A stretch of 64,000 nt of DNA from assembly GCA_951804945.1 (NCBI GenBank), contig OX638153.1, forward strand, positions 62,248,001 through 62,312,000, read 5' to 3'. Below are positions 62,022 through 64,000 of the stretch, piece after piece. The stretch is from Podarcis cretensis. Its lineage: Eukaryota. Position 1 is the first letter of the stretch. The number at the start of each line of letters is the position of its first letter. The notes beneath the pieces were generated by a model. The model searched no databases. It was not told the DNA's origin and saw nothing but the letters and a program-made list of their open reading frames with translations. A program made the position numbers and the translations under genes.

Positions 62022-62181
62022 TTGGAGAACAAGCCATTTGTCCAGCAGAGACTGAAGGCCCTGCCACAAAAGCTTGAGGAGGTTCTAGTGGTGGTGGGAG
62101 GCAGAGCTCTGGAAGAGAATGAAGAAGATGAACAGCAACCACTAATCTCCAGGAATTTTGCCTTTTATAACACCAAGACTA
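62022..62181 (+). CDS. KLHL30: KLHL30 second coding exon
   Basis: [18 protein letters not shown]...[10 protein letters not shown]; GTAAGT donor. Confidence 0.93.
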
Positions 62182-63622
62182 GTAAGTACCTGTCCCCAAA
62201 CAATGCCAGAACTGCACACTCCAGCTCAGAGCATCTTTGCGTCAGGGAGCAACTAGGCTCACGGTGCTAGGCACTGCAAGGGATGGCAACAACTGAACGG
62301 GTGTAGCGTTTAGAGGTAGGGGAAATAAAGTCTTCACCTTGGTACCTGTTGCTATCATCTTTATGAGTTGGCCTTTACAGGGTAGATCATGCTTGATGGT
62401 GCCACTCTGTAGTGTTTTGGGGAAATGCATGTTTCCAGACCCTTGGTGGTGGGTGGGTGGAAAAGATGAGACCTGAATCCCTCAGAAACAAGACAGAGAA
62501 CCAATTATTGCAGAATAACCAGAATATGAATACAGAGGGCCTAGTATACTACAGCTCCCATCAACCCCAGCAAGCACAACCAATGGTCAGGGGTGATGGA
62601 ACCGGTATTGCAACAAAATCCAGAGGTCCTGCCAGTTATCTCATTGATTTTGGGTACACCAGTCAGGTTGTTTTAGCTCTTAGCGAGCAGTTTGGTAGAA
62701 TATTACACGTGCAGTTGTCTTTCTATCACAGCCCCCCGCCAAAAAAAACTACAATGGGCTGGAAGTTTAACTTCATTTGCTCCTTTTGCTTTCTTTTCCT
62801 TTACGGAATTCCTCTGGAATCAACAATAAAACCTCTCACCCTTCCTCCACAGAGTGGTTCCACCCTTTTATTGTTATTTATTTATTTGCTGATTATCCCG
62901 TTCTTAGATTTGCCTTTATCTATTTGCTGTTAAGTGAAAAAGTTTGAAAAATATAGGTATATAAACATTTAACATTTAGACTTGCCATCTCAAAACACCT
63001 AACATTATCCAAACCCACTTTCTGTAGCAGAAACACTGTTGAGGCCAGAAGCAACCATGCCTTGGACTTCGACCTAGAATAATGCAGGCACTGACAAACA
63101 AGGCTTTCAGTATGATGTAATGCTCTGTGCTCTTTTGGCGTTGGTGACTGCTGAGCAGCTGCATTCATCTCAGGCCAATGTTGACATTGGAAGCTGTTGG
63201 GCAGGCCTGCAAATGCAGTGCATTGGGTAGAAAAACTAATTTGGAGAAGAGGACCTTTCTCATCGTTGGCATTATCTACGCAATATGATGCAATCGGAAT
63301 GTATTCTGATAACACTGTGAACAATGAAGCAGATAATGACCATAGATAATTACCTTCAAACACACGTAGGTTTGAATAGGACTGTTTCAATATGGAAAAG
63401 TTCCATGGAAAAGAAGTGCATTTGGTCTAATCATATCACTGTCATGGGCCATGGTCTTGATTTAGGGTAGTACTGTAGAGTGATGGAACCCATAGGGGGC
63501 AAAGTCTCTTCACCTGAGAGCAGTAAAGAGTCTCAGAAAAATTAAGAGTGTTTACTGGTTATACTGGTTACCTGGTTATAACACTTTGAGGGCCACTTAC
63601 ATATTTGGTTCTATTATTTCAG

Positions 63623-63709
63623 AAAGATGGAATGCTCTGCCTGATTTTCCAGACTACAATAAATGGGGGTTTTCTGTGATTGCTCTAAATAATGATGTTT
63701 ATGTCACAG
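63623..63709 (+). CDS. KLHL30: KLHL30 third coding exon (kelch repeat; gene continues beyond window)
   Basis: RWNALPDFPDYNKWGFSVIALNNDVYVT(G). Confidence 0.95.
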
Positions 63710-64000
63710 GTAAGGATAGTGCTCTCTCCAAGTCTATGTTGTTACTAAGCCTTTGAACCTTTTTGGTGTGTTCCCATACTAAGACATTCTGCTGAGATCT
63801 TGGGAGGATGGATTTGGTTGTTTGGGGTGTGTTCTGGTCTAAAACAGATAATTTAAATCAGGGCAGCCAGATTGCATAGTTATCTAATAAAATGTAAACT
63901 GAACCACAATCCACCATTTTGAGTCATATTTTGCTCACTAATTCCACAAGATTTTCAAGAGAACCAGAACTCCTAGCAAAAATATCATGAGAGTGTTAAG

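Noticed and set aside
62412-63390. 173-aa (+) and 156-aa (-) ORFs in a KLHL30 intron
   Set aside because: Non-ATG starts, overlap with a decayed MITE, no recognisable domain

Overview
Eukaryotic (vertebrate) genomic DNA, most likely from a squamate lizard, since it carries a Sauria SINE, a BovB derivative and many lizard-type SINEs/MITEs. Gene order: AIRE exons 1-2 (minus strand, running off the left edge); an unnamed minus-strand gene whose 292-aa ORF lies in one exon and resembles the N-terminus of invertebrate hAT-superfamily (hATm/Cc8K15.2-like) transposases; a CpG-island bidirectional promoter; complete SCLY (12 coding exons, about 446 aa); complete ESPNL (9 exons, about 990 aa); and the first three coding exons of KLHL30. 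Exon boundaries were read by hand from GT/AG sites and the phases are consistent. Top candidates for novelty: (1) the apparently domesticated transposase-derived gene head-to-head with SCLY and upstream of AIRE; (2) the AIRE-SCLY linkage, which differs from human; (3) an espin-type WH2-like exon in ESPNL with a possible skipping route. Protein-family assignments come from recalled sequences, not from database searches.
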